64,000 nucleotides of DNA from an uncultured Clostridia bacterium. Lineage in GTDB: Bacteria > Bacillota > Clostridia > TANB77 > CAG-508. The first letter of the stretch is position 1, and every line of letters starts with the position of its first letter. Below, piece after piece: positions 1 through 10,033 of this stretch. A program made the position numbers and the translations under genes. Location: the NCBI GenBank assembly GCA_947624655.1, contig CANQLH010000002.1:4321-68320 (forward strand), in the 5' to 3' direction. The notes under the pieces were generated by a model. That model was not told the origin of the DNA. It ran no database searches and saw nothing but the letters and a program-made list of their open reading frames with translations.

Positions 1-602
1 GTACTGTCATCCTTGCCGCTCCATTCATTAAGCTTATGATTTCTGCGCTGTCTGTAAATACTGAGCAGATTTTCATAGTTCATTGTAACAGTCCTTTTCT
101 GATTATAGGAAGAAGGCAAAAGCTGAATCATTTGCAGCCAATACTTTTTATCCTTGGTTTCAAGATATTTTTCTCTATAATAATTAAGAGCCTGAAGTAT
201 GTAATTCATACAATGTGATGCTACGAAATCTATTCCTTCGTCATATTTATCATCAATAACTAAATTCTCATAGCTGAAATCACACAACTTAAATTCTTTT
301 GTGTGAATTTTATGCATAGTAGAGCAGGAATTAGCTACTGTACCCACCTTATATGTATCAAACTCTTTCCACCAATATAGCGGTGCAGTAATATCAACCG
401 AAACGAAAATCTGTCTTAAAAATTTTCTGTGTTCACCGCCTCCCTCTATGAGATTCTGAGCCAAAAACATATCATTTTTTCCTATAATAATTTTGTTGTC
501 CTCGAATATACTGTCACTTCTGTTCCAACTGTTCATAGGATTTCTCATACCACGAAAAGCGTGCTTAAATCCCCATACTTCTGTATTTTCAAATTTAATC
601 AT
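1..602 (-). CDS. ThyX-like flavin-dependent thymidylate synthase family protein (runs off the window edge)
   Basis: Not in ORF track; manual translation from ATG at 602: MIKFENTEVWGFKHAFRGMRNPMNSW..HRKFLRQIFVSVDITAPLYWWKEFDTYK..SCSTMHKI..QLLPSSYNQKRTVTMNYENL..RRNHKLNEW, open to position 1. Confidence 0.7.
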   Translation of the reverse strand, partial: MIKFENTEVWGFKHAFRGMRNPMNSWNRSDSIFEDNKIIIGKNDMFLAQNLIEGGGEHRKFLRQIFVSVDITAPLYWWKEFDTYKVGTVANSCSTMHKIHTKEFKLCDFSYENLVIDDKYDEGIDFVASHCMNYILQALNYYREKYLETKDKKYWLQMIQLLPSSYNQKRTVTMNYENLLSIYRQRRNHKLNEWSGKDDS

Positions 603-624
603 CAGATGTCACTTTCTCCCTTTT

Positions 625-924
625 TTATATTATTTTACAATTGTCATTTGCTTCAGTCCGTTCCTCCTCGATTGCTTCAATTTCAAAGTTAAGATAAGTC
701 ATAGCTTTTCTTAAATCGTCTAAGATGTTCTCTTTCTTACCCGCTCTTACTACGTACTTTACTACATTCCCCAAATTAAAATTAAGCCCCCAGTCACGTA
801 TAGCATCTTTAGGCTCTATGTTACTAAAGCAATAATGACTTGGACGTGTAAATTTGTTATAGGGTTCTGTCTTATACATTCTATCTTCTTCCTTTAATGC
901 ATTTTCAAAATCAGTTTTATTCAT
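625..924 (-). CDS. DUF3310 (SaV-like) phage protein
   Basis: PSHY..IEPKDAI..LNFNLGNVVKYVVRAGKK..DDLRKAMTYL signature. Confidence 0.85.
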   Translation of the reverse strand: MNKTDFENALKEEDRMYKTEPYNKFTRPSHYCFSNIEPKDAIRDWGLNFNLGNVVKYVVRAGKKENILDDLRKAMTYLNFEIEAIEEERTEANDNCKII

Positions 925-1083
925 AAGTATGCAACTCCTTTTTTGATTATTTTAAAACTTCCATCATTTTTTCAGCTATAACTTCAACCCAACCATCATT
1001 ATATGGATAAGCGTAGATAATACCATAGTATATAAAATAAAACTTCTGCATTATGTACTACCTCCTATAAATCACAAATATAA

Positions 1084-1839
1084 CTAACAAGCTTTCTTTG
1101 AAAAAATTCTTTTCCTTGCTATATTAAAATATTCCTTGTCAATTTCTATACCTATAAAATTTCTTTTTAAGGTCATACAAGCAACACCTGTTGAACCTAC
1201 ACCCATAAATGGGTCAAGCACGGTATCTCCTACGATTGATGAGTTTTCAATAAATATTTTCATAAGCTCTACAGGCTTTTCGGTAGGGTGCAATTTCTTG
1301 CCAATAATATTAGAAATTTCAAAACAGTTGCTTGTTCCACGATTGTTTATGTGTCTTGCCTTTCCTTTCCTGAGAAGCAGAATAAATTCGCATTGTTGCA
1401 TATAAAAGCAATTTGGCGTTTTATTATTCTTCTTCCATATAAGAAGATTAACGTATTTAAAACCTGCCCTTTCAGCTTCAATTTGTAATTCTTTAAGATT
1501 TCTGCCATTTATCATAATATAACAGTGGCAGCCCTCTTTAAGAACACGATAAACTTCCGGCAACCATTCAGAAAAAGCTATGTCATTATTGGGGAACATT
1601 TTTCCTTGCCTTACTGCCGCAGGTACATCACCGATATTCTTTTTTATCCATTTGTTACCCAATCTTGAACCGTGCGAAATTGCCCTTTTCTGAAGAATAC
1701 CTCCACATTCATTTTTCTTGACTTCTATAGTAACGCCACCCGCAATAATCTTATACGGTGGGTCTGTGACTATTAAATCAACACTGTTATCTGCAATTAT
1801 CTTAAGCACATTCAGACAGTTATCATTATATAATTCCAA
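1084..1839 (-). CDS. Orphan N6A/N4C DNA methyltransferase (beta class)
   Basis: TDPPY catalytic motif before HPTEKP and DPFMGVGST SAM-binding motif. Confidence 0.93.
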   Translation of the reverse strand: MELYNDNCLNVLKIIADNSVDLIVTDPPYKIIAGGVTIEVKKNECGGILQKRAISHGSRLGNKWIKKNIGDVPAAVRQGKMFPNNDIAFSEWLPEVYRVLKEGCHCYIMINGRNLKELQIEAERAGFKYVNLLIWKKNNKTPNCFYMQQCEFILLLRKGKARHINNRGTSNCFEISNIIGKKLHPTEKPVELMKIFIENSSIVGDTVLDPFMGVGSTGVACMTLKRNFIGIEIDKEYFNIARKRIFSKKAC

Positions 1840-1873
1840 TTTATACCACGTCCTTGTTGCGTTTTTAAATAAA

Positions 1874-1906
1874 TGTTCGGACGGTCAGCTTATAACCGCC
1901 CGAACA
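1874..1906 (-). terminator. Hairpin, probable terminator after the SPFH gene
   Basis: TGTTCGG..CGGT / ACCG..CCGAACA inverted repeat followed by a T-rich run on minus strand. Confidence 0.5.
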
Positions 1907-1920
1907 CATAGACAATTTTG

Positions 1921-2802
1921 TTATTTGATTACTGTATTTGCTCCCTGAACAGTCACCCAGCCGTGGGCTTTTCTTGCTTCCATTTCCCACTTCTGAATAA
2001 GCTGTGGGGTTATCTGTTCTGAAAGAGCCTTATAGCGTGCCGCCTCTGCTTCTGTTTGAATTTTCACTGATTCCGCATTGACTTGTGCTACTTCCTTTTC
2101 TTTCTGAGCTTGCACCAAAGCTGTTTCTTTTTCAATTCTGGCAAGCTCCAATTCCTGCTGTGCATTAACCTTTTTCTGAATAGCCGCTTGTGTTTCTTCA
2201 TCAGTGCTTATATTTGTAAAATTTACTGTATCAATCACAATACCATAGGGCTTGAATTTTGCTTTTAAATATGTATCAAGAGAATTATTAAGCTCCTGTC
2301 TTTTATCACCGAATACATCTGTTACGGGATATTTAGCTGTAACCTCCTGTGTCCACGCTATCATTTTAGGCTTTATAAATGTATCTTTTATATCCTTGCC
2401 CGACTGCCCTTTAAATCTTGTAAATGTATCTGCTACTGTTTCAGAGTCAAATCTATATGAAAATTCAAGGTCTACTTTAAGAGATTTGCCGTCAGCAGTC
2501 GGAGTGGTAAAGCTCTCGTCCTTGGGAGAGTCGCCTTTGTCTTCTGACGTCAAATAGGACTGCTCTATGCCTATTGAATAAAGGGTTATGTTCTTTGTGG
2601 GAGGAACAATATGAAAGCCCTGTGTATAGACATCTCCCGTTACACCGCCGCTTATATTATATACAACGCCTACATATCCGGTAGGAACTCTCTCACAGCA
2701 AATAAACCCACCTACAAGAATACAAATTACAACTACTGCTAAAAAAATTGCTCCGATTTTACCTGTTTTCATCTTCTTCATTCGTCCTTTCTTTGTAAAC
2801 AA
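1921..2802 (-). CDS. SPFH/Band 7/prohibitin family membrane protein
   Basis: N-terminal TM helix, VPTGYVGV, TADGKSLKVD, AQ-rich coiled coil; true start probably a few codons downstream. Confidence 0.9.
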   Translation of the reverse strand: MFTKKGRMKKMKTGKIGAIFLAVVVICILVGGFICCERVPTGYVGVVYNISGGVTGDVYTQGFHIVPPTKNITLYSIGIEQSYLTSEDKGDSPKDESFTTPTADGKSLKVDLEFSYRFDSETVADTFTRFKGQSGKDIKDTFIKPKMIAWTQEVTAKYPVTDVFGDKRQELNNSLDTYLKAKFKPYGIVIDTVNFTNISTDEETQAAIQKKVNAQQELELARIEKETALVQAQKEKEVAQVNAESVKIQTEAEAARYKALSEQITPQLIQKWEMEARKAHGWVTVQGANTVIK

Positions 2803-2926
2803 TCTTTTTGTAAATATTTGTTATTATTCTGACTATAAACCGTCCTATAGGTATAAACATAAAGGACAGCGTAAACCAAACAATAACCGCAAGTAAAATA
2901 ATTAAAAATATAAGTACAGGGTTCAA
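2759..2926 (-). CDS. Small membrane protein (55 aa) upstream of SPFH gene
   Basis: TTG start after GGGGGTGAT; (M)NPVLIFLIILLAVIVWFTLSFMFIPIGRFIVRII..; below ORF-track cutoff. Confidence 0.65.
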   Translation of the reverse strand: MNPVLIFLIILLAVIVWFTLSFMFIPIGRFIVRIITNIYKKIVYKERTNEEDENR

Positions 2927-2993
2927 AATATCACCCCCGAAACCTGTAATTTATTCTCTGTACTTTAATACCACGCTACACTTTTTACTTTTA

Positions 2994-3539
2994 TTACTTG
3001 CCCCACAAAACAACCTTACCGCTGTTTAATGATTTTTCTACATCTATAACACGCTGATTTATGGAACCTGCGTATGGATAAGATAAATCAGATAAGTCTT
3101 TTTTATATCTTCCGTCTACAATCACATCACACATAGTGACAGCTTGTTTCCTGCATTTATTGAACATCTGTTTTTCCTCGTTTTCTGTTTTGGTTATGGC
3201 ATCAAAGATTTCTTCCCAAGTATAACCTGTATAAAGCCAGATTTTTTTACAAGGAAATCTTGTTTTGAGCGTATATACAAGACAAAAAACATTTACACAG
3301 TTATCTATATCAGCGAAAGGCTCACCGCCTAAGATTGAAATTCTTTTTATATAAGGACGGTCGACAAGGTTTAAAAATTTTCCTGTCGCTATATTGTCCC
3401 ATTCTTTACCTCCGCTAAAATCCCACGTTTCTTTATTGAAACAATCCTCACAGTGGAAGTGGCAGCCTTGTACAAAAAGAGCTACGCCTATATTCTCACC
3501 ATTTGATATATCAAGACTTCTCATTGTGTTATATCTCAT
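2994..3539 (-). CDS. nrdG: Anaerobic ribonucleotide reductase activase (radical SAM)
   Basis: DISNGENIGVALFVQGCHFHCEDCFN (CxxxCxxC), LGGEP, GSINQRVID; adjacent to nrdD. Confidence 0.96.
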   Translation of the reverse strand: MRYNTMRSLDISNGENIGVALFVQGCHFHCEDCFNKETWDFSGGKEWDNIATGKFLNLVDRPYIKRISILGGEPFADIDNCVNVFCLVYTLKTRFPCKKIWLYTGYTWEEIFDAITKTENEEKQMFNKCRKQAVTMCDVIVDGRYKKDLSDLSYPYAGSINQRVIDVEKSLNSGKVVLWGK

Positions 3540-3546
3540 TTATTAT

Positions 3547-3636
3547 TTATTCCTCCATATTGTGGTCGTCAAGATGGACATAACGCTCTTTTATTTCCTG
3601 CGTCCTTCCCTGATTCCAAAAATTATTTCCGATATA
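3547..3636 (-). CDS. nrdD: nrdD exon 2 (C-terminal 29 aa)
   Basis: Translates YIGNNFWNQGRTQEIKERYVHLDDHNMEE*, the typical NrdD end; joins RRTCG of exon 1 in frame. Confidence 0.93.
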   Translation of the reverse strand, partial: YIGNNFWNQGRTQEIKERYVHLDDHNMEE

Positions 3637-4518
3637 CTTTTCTACCCTCGGTTTCCCGATATTTATTAGGGGAATGGACTATTCCTTATGACCTCTCCAT
3701 TTACTTTGGTTGAGCGTCACCAATAATTATAGTCTCTGCACCTTTCTGTCAACATAATCCATAATCTGTTTTTCTCTTTGCGGCAATATAATGGGCTTTT
3801 CTTTGGGATATCTGTATTCTTTGAAAAGAATTGTTTCGGCATACCACCTTGCAAATAAGGCTTCTTCTTCAAAAACATAAACGCCTAAATTTATCATTTT
3901 TTGATTTATTTTAATGTGCGCATAGAACGTTCCACTTTTGGTTTTTGTAACTCCCTTATAATTTACATTCATCTGATTCTGAGATTTTGTGACTATCTTT
4001 AAGTTAGCCTTTCTGTTGTCCAATGTATTATGATTGATATGGTCTACAAACTGGTCTGTATTCAGTATCTCTCTTGACATATGCTTATTTGACCCTGAAA
4101 ACTTAGGTCTGTTCATAGCATATCCGCTCTTTGAAAGATTCCATTTTGTATATCTCACTTTGCTTAAATCTTCCGTATCAATCATCGCTTGAGCAATAAC
4201 CTCACAATTTTTGTTATACAAGTCTATATATGTAACATCACCACATATATGGAACTCATTTTTATCAAGAACTGTTCTTGGATTCTTATCAAGTGCTCTG
4301 CCATATTTTTTGATTTGCTTATAGTGCTTGTTACAATAAATATGACCGTATGAAGTTATCTTTTTTGTCATTTTTCTGCCGCAAATTTCGCAAGTGTATA
4401 TAATTAAAACCTCCTGTTTGATTCTTTTGTGTTGACAGACTTGGCTCAAGATTACCTGCTATAAAAGACGGGGTTCCCTTGAATTTCTATTGTTTTACTG
4501 TAGCAATAACGATTTTTT
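3637..4518 (-). mobile_element. Group I self-splicing intron (882 nt) in nrdD
   Basis: 5' exon ends in U; P1 UGUGGU/GCUACA with U.G at splice site; P7 GACUA/UAGUC within CAGAGACUA and AAGGAAUAGUCC; ends in G just before exon 2. Confidence 0.93.
3727..4404 (-). CDS. Intron-encoded HNH homing endonuclease with AP2-like C-terminus
   Basis: VDHINHNTLDNRKANL; FYAHIKINQKMINLGVYVFEEEALFAR; N-terminal CxxC; stop overlaps P7. Start uncertain: ATT at 4404 follows AGGAGG, track uses TTG 4449. Confidence 0.88.
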   Translation of the reverse strand: MIYTCEICGRKMTKKITSYGHIYCNKHYKQIKKYGRALDKNPRTVLDKNEFHICGDVTYIDLYNKNCEVIAQAMIDTEDLSKVRYTKWNLSKSGYAMNRPKFSGSNKHMSREILNTDQFVDHINHNTLDNRKANLKIVTKSQNQMNVNYKGVTKTKSGTFYAHIKINQKMINLGVYVFEEEALFARWYAETILFKEYRYPKEKPIILPQREKQIMDYVDRKVQRL

Positions 4519-6642
4519 ACCACAGGTTCGGCGTGCTACATTCATTTTGTCTTTATCCCTGTTTCCGCAGTTGGGACATTCCCATATAAGCTCGCCATTT
4601 TCGTCTATTATTTTTATTTCACCGTCATAACCGCATACCTGACAATAATCGGATTTTGTGTTAAGCTCGGCATACATTATGTTGTCATATATAAATCTTA
4701 TAACTTCCAACACAGCGGAAATGTTATTCTGCATATCGGCACATTCTATGTAAGAAATTGCTCCGCCGGGAGAAAGTCTTTGAAATTTTGCTTCGAGAGC
4801 AAGCTTTTCAAAAGGATTTATCTTTTCAAAAACAGGTACGTGGTAACTGTTTGTTACGTAATTTCTGTCGGTTATGCCCTTTATAATACCAAACTTTTCT
4901 CTGTTGCTTTTTGCAAATTTATAAGTGACAGATTCTATAGGTGTGCCGTAAAGAGAATAATCTATATTTTCTTCTTCTTTCCATTTCTTACATTTATCAT
5001 TCAAGGCGTTCATAACCTCAAATGCAAATTTTTCGCCTATATCTCCGTCTGTGTGGCTGTTTCCCGTCATATATTTTACACATTCATATAAACCTGCATA
5101 GCCAAGGGATAAGGTTGAATAGCCATTATGCAAAAGCTTATCTATCGTTTCTCCCTTTTCGAGCCTTGCCAATGCGCCGTACTGCCACATAATAGGAGCA
5201 ACATCTGATTTTACACCTTCAAGACGTTTGTGCCTTATTTTAAGTGCTTTGTGGCAAATCTCAGTGTACTTATCAAATGCCTTCCAGAATTTAGCCACAT
5301 TCCCCTCAGACAACATAGCTATATATGGCAGATTTATTGTAACTACTCCGCCGTTGAACCTTCCGTAATATTTCGGCTTGCCATTATTGTCGATAAATGT
5401 TGTTAAAAATGAACGGCAGCCCATACAACTGTAGCATTGTCCATTTCCGTTTTTATCAACCTTTTCCTGTTTCATTATTTTTTCGGATATATAATCGGGA
5501 ACAAGTCTTTTTGCCGTACATTTTGCAGCAAGCTTAGTCAGATACCAATAAGGACTTGTTTCGTTTATGTTATCTTCTTCGAGAACATACAAAAGTTTTG
5601 GGAAAGCAGGTGTTACATACACGCCTACTTCATTTTTAAGGCCAAGAATACGCTGATTCAGAAATTCTTCTATGAGCATAGCAAGCTCTTTCTTGTATTC
5701 CTCAGTTTCACCAAGATACATAAATACAGACAGAAAAGGAGCTTGTCCGTTTGTGGTTGACATAGAATTTACCTGATAGTTAAATGTCTGAACACCGTCC
5801 TCAATCTCTTTTTTCAAGCGTTTTTCCGTAATGATATTTATAAGCTGTAACTGTTCTTCCCTTGGCATATTACAGAAGCCTTCCTGAAGGCTTAACTCCT
5901 CACGAACATTTGTTTCTATACGCTCCTTGCTTGACCTTACAAAAGGTGCCAGATGCGTAAGTGAAATAGTTGCTCCTCCGTATTGTGAAGATGTAACAGC
6001 CGTTATAATCTGAGTAGCAATCGTCATAGCCGTTATAAGACGGTGAGGCTTTTCAATCATAACTCCGTTTATGACTGTTCCGTTCTGAAGCATATCTTCA
6101 AGATTTATAAGACAGCAATTGCTTATAGGCTGCGCAAAATAATCTGCATCGTGGAAATGTATCGCCCCTGATTCGTGAGCCTCCAGAACATCGGGAGAAA
6201 GCAGAAAACGTTTTGTAAAGTCTGTACTTACAATTCCTGCCATATAATCTCTCAAAACCGTTACGGACTTAGCATTTTTATTACTGTTTTCATTGTTCCA
6301 ATAATCATTTGTACCATTCAAAAGTTCCTTTAAGGATTCATCTGTAGTATTACACTCTCTTATAATCTGCCTTTTACAACGATATTTAATATACCTTTCA
6401 GCAACATCTTTTCTCTCCGAGTTCATAAGTTCCCTTACAACCTCGTCCTGAATCCTTTCAACATCTGAAGCATTTGAATAAAATTCAATTTCATCAGCAA
6501 TCTGGTTTGCTGTTTTTCGGGCTTCTTCAGTTTCATTACTGTCAACATCAATGAAAGCCTTTATTACAGCCAAATAGATTTTATTTCTGTCAAAAGATAC
6601 AATTTCACCGTTCCTCTTTTTGATGTTTCTTGTTACAATCAT
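4519..6642 (-). CDS. nrdD: Class III anaerobic ribonucleotide reductase, exon 1
   Basis: ATP cone, ENSNK, IHFHDADY, SNCCL, MGCRSFL, YGTPIES, two CxxC, RRTCG. Confidence 0.97.
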
Positions 6643-6699
6643 TCCTTCCCTTTATTCCTCCTTTGAATCATCTATGTCTTTTAGAAATATATATCATAA

Positions 6700-7143
6700 T
6701 CAACTATAACAAAAATATGTAGTTGTGCCGTAGCTGCCAAAGTCTGCATAGAAAGATTTATATATTTTCCCCTGTATGGACTGTGACTGGAAAATTACAT
6801 TTTCAGGACAATAAGCCTTTCCCGACAGAACATATTCGGCCGCATCTATAGCAATCTGTGATGGATATTCGTAGAATTTTTTACTATATATACAACCATA
6901 CTGCCCTTTTTGATAAACCACCCCCTCTATGGTATCAGGAAAACGCTCATCAGCTACACGGTTCATAACCACACATCCCACAAGCTGATTATGCTCAATT
7001 TCACATTCTGTCCCTGCTTCGGCATTTATAACTCTCGCCAAAAGCATAACATCATCGTTATATTCTTCTGCCTGAACATTTAATGCAGAAACACTTATAA
7101 GGGCAGAAGCCGCTATTCCTAAAATTATTTTTTTTATTTTCAT
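6700..7143 (-). CDS. SleB-like cell wall hydrolase (Hydrolase_2), secreted
   Basis: Signal peptide; LLARVINAEAG..VGCVVMNRV..FPDTIEGVVYQKGQY. Confidence 0.88.
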   Translation of the reverse strand: MKIKKIILGIAASALISVSALNVQAEEYNDDVMLLARVINAEAGTECEIEHNQLVGCVVMNRVADERFPDTIEGVVYQKGQYGCIYSKKFYEYPSQIAIDAAEYVLSGKAYCPENVIFQSQSIQGKIYKSFYADFGSYGTTTYFCYS

Positions 7144-7258
7144 ATTTTTTAAATCTCCTTTCTTTTATCTTTACTTATATATTCTCTGTTTTATATTTGG
7201 GATTGATGTAATTTTACTAAAAAATAAAAAACTGAATATGAATTAATGTTTTTGTAAA

Positions 7259-9490
7259 TTATTTTTTCAAATTTCTTATCCAGGTATTTCGTTTATTATG
7301 GCTTGTCCTTATACATTTTAAAAATGCGTTTGGTTCGGCCAAAAGCAGACAGCGTTTTTTTGCTCTTGTAAGCATTGTGTAAAGCATACAGTTGTCCAAA
7401 AGCTGATAATGAGTATTGTCAATTATTCCTATAACCGTATCAATACCGCCGCCCTGTATTTTGTGAGTGGTTATGGCATATGCCAAGTCGAGGGCCGCCA
7501 AATCCTTTTTTCTGTAAGTAACAATTTTGTTTTTTGAACTGTTTGCAACATTTTTAAATGTAACCAGACAATATTCCTCCGGATTACGGTCAAATATTTT
7601 TTTGCCTATTTCTGTTATATAACCTATCTCCCCGTTAAAAATATTCCTTTCATAATCGTTTACAGTCTGCATAACTCTTGCCCCTAATCTGAATGTAATT
7701 AAGGAATTGGAGATAGAGGGCACATCTTCATCAAAAAGTTTGTCCTGTATATAGGCATTTAGTCTTTCGGTACTGTTTAAACAATTCTGTTTTCTTGGTA
7801 CAACAATAACTACATTATCAGTGCCGTCCTTTGAAGCAGTTAACAAATAAGTTTTTACAGCAATATTAAAAAGAGACTGTCTGTCATTTCTGAACATATA
7901 GTGCATATCCTGAAGCTGACCTGTCACAAGCTTTGATGCAGGAGCTTTTATGGGATTTCTATTTTCCCTTATCATATTTGCATCTGACAGAATACCCGAC
8001 ATTTGAGCTTGTCTCATAGGCTTTGTAAGCACACTTTTACTGTCTTGGCCAAGCCTTTCTATAAGGTCTGAGAAAATATTGCCATAGCCTATAGGTGGGA
8101 GTTGCTTATGGTCACCGGATATTATAATTCTTGTATCATTTCCAACCGCATCGAGCCATTTTCTGAAAAGTATCGCGCTTACCATACTGCCCTCATCTAT
8201 AAAAACAGCTTGGGCTATAAGCTTATTATTCTTATTATATTTAAAAATATCAAAACCTTGTGCCCCTAACGTACGATGTATAGTCATAGCTTCATAACTG
8301 CTTGCTTCAGATATTCTCTGAGCCGCCATAGCAGAAAGAGCAGAAGCTAAAAGAACATAATTATTCTGTGAATAAGCCTTTATTATTGCCCTCATTATAG
8401 ACGACTTCCCGCTGCCGGCTATCCCCGATATAATACTTACATTTCTTTTAAGAGATGTTTTTATAACTTCCCTTTGTTCATCTGTATATTCAAAACCCTG
8501 TTCTGTCTCGGCTGATTTAATGGCATTTTCTATTTGCTCATCTGTAAAAAGCTGCTTACATTCTTCTTTGAAACGACTCTTGATTTCTTCAAATATTGAC
8601 ATCTCAGTTTCATAGTAAGATTTAAGACCTATTTTGTTCTTTTCTTTGTAAAGAAAAATATTGTTTTCAATAAGTTCATTAAAATAAGGTGTACATTCAG
8701 GCACATTTTTACTTACAGCTTCTTGAAGATTATCTATTGTAACATAGGTATGGCCTTCATTTTCGCCAAGCTCTTTAAGATAAAAAACTATGAAAGCCGC
8801 AAGCCTTTCGATTGATGTACGCAATTCAGGCTTTAATTTAAGGGAAAGACCGTCAACCTTCTTAAAACCGAAACCTTTAATTTTTGTTAATATATAAGGA
8901 TTGTTTTCAAGATTCTGTTTTAAAAGTACAGGATTAGGCTCATTCTCCAAAAGCTTCTTTATCATTGTATATGTAACACCCAAAGGAATTAACATAACAA
9001 TAATATCCGAAACGAGATAATTATCTGTAATTTTGTTCTTTATCTTTTTCCACGTAGCCTTACCAACGCCTTTAACGGTAGAATAATCTATTTCACTTAT
9101 GTTTCCGTCTATTACATCATTTACGATATTTGGATAAGCATTTAATAAATTTTCAGCTATTTTAGGAGCAATAAGAGATTCAAGAAATAAAAGCTGCGTA
9201 TTTCTGTCTTTAGGAGCAACAGCATATACAGAAACAGGATTATACTGACCGCCATAGAGCTTATGTACTTGATAGGTGGCTTTCACATTGTATGTGGCTC
9301 CTACCTGTAAATGCTGCATTTTACCGACAAGGCAACATATTTTTGTGCCGTCCTTCTGAGTATTCGGGCAGTACACATCATCTTTTGTAGAAAACATAAA
9401 ACAGCCCCAAGCAGAATCTTCATTATAATATTTTTCACTGAGTATAAGAGCTTCAAACTGTCTTACATCGTTTTTGTCATTTGTATTCAT
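7259..9490 (-). CDS. recD2: RecD2-like SF1B helicase
   Basis: HhH repeats (KGVG, KGFGFK), GIAGSGKS, IDEGSM, GDHKQLPPIG, AYAITTHKIQG, YTMLTRAK. Confidence 0.92.
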   Translation of the reverse strand: MNTNDKNDVRQFEALILSEKYYNEDSAWGCFMFSTKDDVYCPNTQKDGTKICCLVGKMQHLQVGATYNVKATYQVHKLYGGQYNPVSVYAVAPKDRNTQLLFLESLIAPKIAENLLNAYPNIVNDVIDGNISEIDYSTVKGVGKATWKKIKNKITDNYLVSDIIVMLIPLGVTYTMIKKLLENEPNPVLLKQNLENNPYILTKIKGFGFKKVDGLSLKLKPELRTSIERLAAFIVFYLKELGENEGHTYVTIDNLQEAVSKNVPECTPYFNELIENNIFLYKEKNKIGLKSYYETEMSIFEEIKSRFKEECKQLFTDEQIENAIKSAETEQGFEYTDEQREVIKTSLKRNVSIISGIAGSGKSSIMRAIIKAYSQNNYVLLASALSAMAAQRISEASSYEAMTIHRTLGAQGFDIFKYNKNNKLIAQAVFIDEGSMVSAILFRKWLDAVGNDTRIIISGDHKQLPPIGYGNIFSDLIERLGQDSKSVLTKPMRQAQMSGILSDANMIRENRNPIKAPASKLVTGQLQDMHYMFRNDRQSLFNIAVKTYLLTASKDGTDNVVIVVPRKQNCLNSTERLNAYIQDKLFDEDVPSISNSLITFRLGARVMQTVNDYERNIFNGEIGYITEIGKKIFDRNPEEYCLVTFKNVANSSKNKIVTYRKKDLAALDLAYAITTHKIQGGGIDTVIGIIDNTHYQLLDNCMLYTMLTRAKKRCLLLAEPNAFLKCIRTSHNKRNTWIRNLKK

Positions 9491-9493
9491 ATG

Positions 9494-9727
9494 CTACGCT
9501 CCGATTTTTAAATATTTTTCGGGAAGCGTCCCTATAGCTTCAGTAATTTCTTTTAATTTCTTTGCCCCGCTCTTTTTACTCAAATCTATCAACTTGTCAA
9601 ACTGATTTACGCCCTTACTATCAAAACAAGCAATAGTAATAATATCGCCGTCTAATGATATACTGTACTTATACCCTTTACGTCTTTTAAAAATAATTCT
9701 GCATAATTCTTCAAACGCTTTAGTCAT
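9494..9727 (-). CDS. Hypothetical protein
   Basis: GAGGAGG RBS; fills operon gap. Confidence 0.65.
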   Translation of the reverse strand: MTKAFEELCRIIFKRRKGYKYSISLDGDIITIACFDSKGVNQFDKLIDLSKKSGAKKLKEITEAIGTLPEKYLKIGA

Positions 9728-9751
9728 AATTTATCCTCCTCGTGAAATTAT

Positions 9752-9997
9752 TTACTCTTTGCTAAGTTCTTGTTGTTTCGCAAAATAATCACGTAATTCA
9801 TCAGGTATTTTTGAGAAATCTTTTTTATAAATACCTTCAAATATAATCTTTTCATAGTAATCTTTTTCTCTGCAAGCATCCGCAAATTCACATTTTCCAT
9901 AACATTCATCATGACTGAATTGTCTTCCAAATCTGATATAGCAATAATCAATGCAGGGATTGAACTTTGACATAATATCCCTTCTTTCTTTTTGCAA
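9752..9997 (-). CDS. Hypothetical Cys-rich protein
   Basis: In operon; CxxxC..CxxxC..C; start probably at MSKFNPC. Confidence 0.6.
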   Translation of the reverse strand: MQKERRDIMSKFNPCIDYCYIRFGRQFSHDECYGKCEFADACREKDYYEKIIFEGIYKKDFSKIPDELRDYFAKQQELSKE

Positions 9998-10033
9998 AAT
10001 TTTGACTAACTAAACATAGCCAAACACTTCTTC

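Noticed and set aside
4495-4518. nrdD as a truncated pseudogene
   Set aside because: The missing C-terminus is at 3547-3636 beyond a group I intron
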